In this document: in pieces, positions 61,985-64,000 of the stretch
Layout: each line of letters begins with the position of its first letter
Numbering within the stretch: the stretch's first letter is position 1
Source of the DNA: an uncultured Chthonomonadaceae bacterium
GTDB lineage: Bacteria > Armatimonadota > Chthonomonadetes > Chthonomonadales > Chthonomonadaceae
Length of the DNA stretch: 64,000 bases
Direction of reading: 5' to 3'
Assembly: GCA_963835065.1 (NCBI GenBank)
Contig: CAWIEK010000041.1
Coordinates: 96,001-160,000 of the forward strand
The notes under the pieces: generated by a model
What the model was told of the DNA's origin: nothing
Seen by the model: the letters and a program-made list of their open reading frames with translations, nothing else
Database searches by the model: none
Position numbers and translations under genes: made by a program

Positions 61985-62386
61985 GTTCTTCCTTTGCTTC
62001 CGCCTTGGCCCTGGTTCCGGTTCCCCTCATCTTGCCCTATTTGGTTCTCCTATCCTACTCCAGATTTACGCAATAATCTCACTTCCTCAGCAAGTTCGGA
62101 TAGGGTAACATTTGTGCGAGGTCATGCCCTCATTGATATTCAACAGCGATTGATGCAGCACAAGGAGAAGCGCCACGTCAGCGTCGGTTGCTTCCTTGTT
62201 TGCGATAGAACCGGAAGGCATCCGCGCGGCATTGCCTTTGGCAGTGGGCTGCAACGACATACGCGCGCCTTTCTTTAATGCCGAGTATCTTTCCATTCCA
62301 GGTTCTTCTGCTTCTCCTTGCTTGTTTTGGTGGAGAGTAGCGCAGCTTTGTTCTCGGATATTCCTTCAGTTTAACATCAAGAAGCG

Positions 62387-62810
62387 TTATCTGCGGCGTT
62401 TGAACGCAATGGCAAACGGCAGGGTAAGCAGAACGATGCCGCCAAGATTATACATATAGGGTGTAGACGGCCACGACGCGCCGGTCACGTTTTGCGCGGG
62501 ATCGGCTGCCAGATAGCGAACCTCGATCTTATCGCCGGGATGCAGATTGACACGCTCTTGCGCTCCTACTTCGCTGTGCCCGGTGTAATGCTTACAGTCT
62601 GCTTCAAAAGCGTACGTAATGTTTCGCTTTGCTGCCTGCTTCGCCTTCAAGCGATACAAGAGTTCCCTGCGTCTTCACACCTGCATCCTGAATATGATGG
62701 AAAGCGCGAAGTTGATTCATGCCGATGATGATCAGAACAACGCCAATCGCGCCCAAAAGCCAGCCAAGAACAGGATAGCGCACCAGCAGATTCGTTAACA
62801 AAAATCGCAT
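62387..62810 (-). CDS. DUF3592-like membrane protein; frameshift near 62655
   Basis: N-terminal [19 protein letters not shown]-terminal TM. Confidence 0.7.
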
Positions 62811-62853
62811 TGTAACTGGTTATCTGTGAAATAGGGACCATAGGCGCATAGCA

Positions 62854-64000
62854 TTAGCGGCGCAGGTTGGTGTCGAAGAGTTTGAGGATGCGCTTGTACT
62901 CGTCGGCCCAACTGGACGGTTCCTCGAAGGCATGGCTTTCTACCGGGTAGGCGGCGAGTTCCCAGTTTTCTTTGTGCAGTTCGATCAGGCGCTGCGTCAG
63001 CCGCACGGAATCCTGAAAGTGAACGTTGTCGTCCACCATGCCGTGACAGATGAGCAATGCGCCCTTCAAACCCTCCGCAAAGTAAATGGGCGAGACTTTG
63101 GCGGTACGCGGTCGGGTCGTTTTGCGGCTCGTTGAGAATGTTGGCCGTGTAGCCGTGATTGTAGTGCGCCCAATCCGTGACGGGACGCAGGGCCGCGCCC
63201 GCCGCGAAAACATCCGGCTGCGTGAACATCGCCATCAGGGTCAGGAAGCCGCCATAACTGCCGCCGTACAAGCCGATGTGTTTGGGATCAACGCCATACG
63301 TGGATACCAGCCACTTCGCGCCGTCTACTTCGTCGTCCAAATCCTTGCCGCCCATGTGCCGGTAAATGCCTGTGCGCCAATCCCGCCCGTAGCCCGCCGA
63401 GCCGCGATAATCCGCGTCCAGCACCAGATAACCGCGCTCCATCAGCAGGTGATGAAACATATACTCGCGGTAATAGTAGCTCCACCACGTATGGGCGTTT
63501 TGCAGATAGCCCGCGCCATGCACGAACAACACGGCAGGCCCGCCCCGCTTCCATTTCGCGGGTTTGTACAGCCGCGCATACACCGTCGCGCCATCCCGCG
63601 CCTTGTACGTGACAATGGGCGGATTGATCCAGGGGTAGGAAAGCCATTCGGGTGTCGGGGAGTGAGTAACTTGAACGGCATCGGCTTCCCCGTCCGGCGC
63701 GGCGTTTGCCCCTGCGTCAGCCAGTTCAAGCCGGATACTTTCGCGGCGGATGCTCTTGTGGTGGATGCTTTGGCCGCGTGGGTTTTCGTTACGGTGGTTT
63801 TGGTCTCGCTTGTTTGCGCCGTTGACGCGGTGCGGGCGGAGGATGTAACCGCGTCGGATGTGGATACGCCCGAAGAGTCGGAGGCAGACGGGCGGTTGGG
63901 CATGAGGAACAATTCGGGCGGGCGATTGCCGGTGGAACGGACGATTGCCAGCGTTTTATCGTCCGGCGAAACCTCGAAATCATCTTCATCCGCCTGCGAC
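62854..64000 (-). CDS. S9 family peptidase (5' truncated by window; several frameshifts)
   Basis: [20 protein letters not shown] (catalytic Ser), HGMVDDNVH (Asp), ESHAF (His). Confidence 0.92.

Overview
GC-rich bacterial chromosomal DNA. It is most likely Armatimonadota (Chthonomonadales-like), inferred from the '[39 protein letters not shown]' prepilin/H-X9-DG protein and its LacI context. Housekeeping and metabolic genes include trpD-trpC-trpF, gltX, truB-ribF, hpnJ, sugar ABC transporters, GH5 and GH27 glycosidases and an S9 peptidase. They are interleaved with stacks of small accessory genes (toxin-antitoxin parts, DUF4365-like nucleases, a Schlafen/AlbA_2 protein), an apparently intact IS5-family element with an abutting MITE, an IS1595 remnant, and many intergenic inverted-repeat elements. 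A 3.43-kb block (two amidohydrolase-like genes plus gltX) is present twice in tandem. About ten otherwise intact genes carry small frameshifts, which points to long-read indel errors rather than real pseudogenes. The most notable signals are: (i) a 44-codon ORF missed by the ORF track, with an in-frame UGA, a SECIS-like hairpin and its own promoter (candidate mini-selenoprotein); (ii) inverted heptamer arrays anchored on stop codons, one followed by an RBS and a four-helix-bundle gene stub; (iii) a multi-DUF1508/TM/OmpA fusion; (iv) a LacI / pilin-like / twin-lipoprotein module; (v) a YbdK + M29 + ATP-grasp operon. All family assignments come from motif recognition by eye; no database searches were run.
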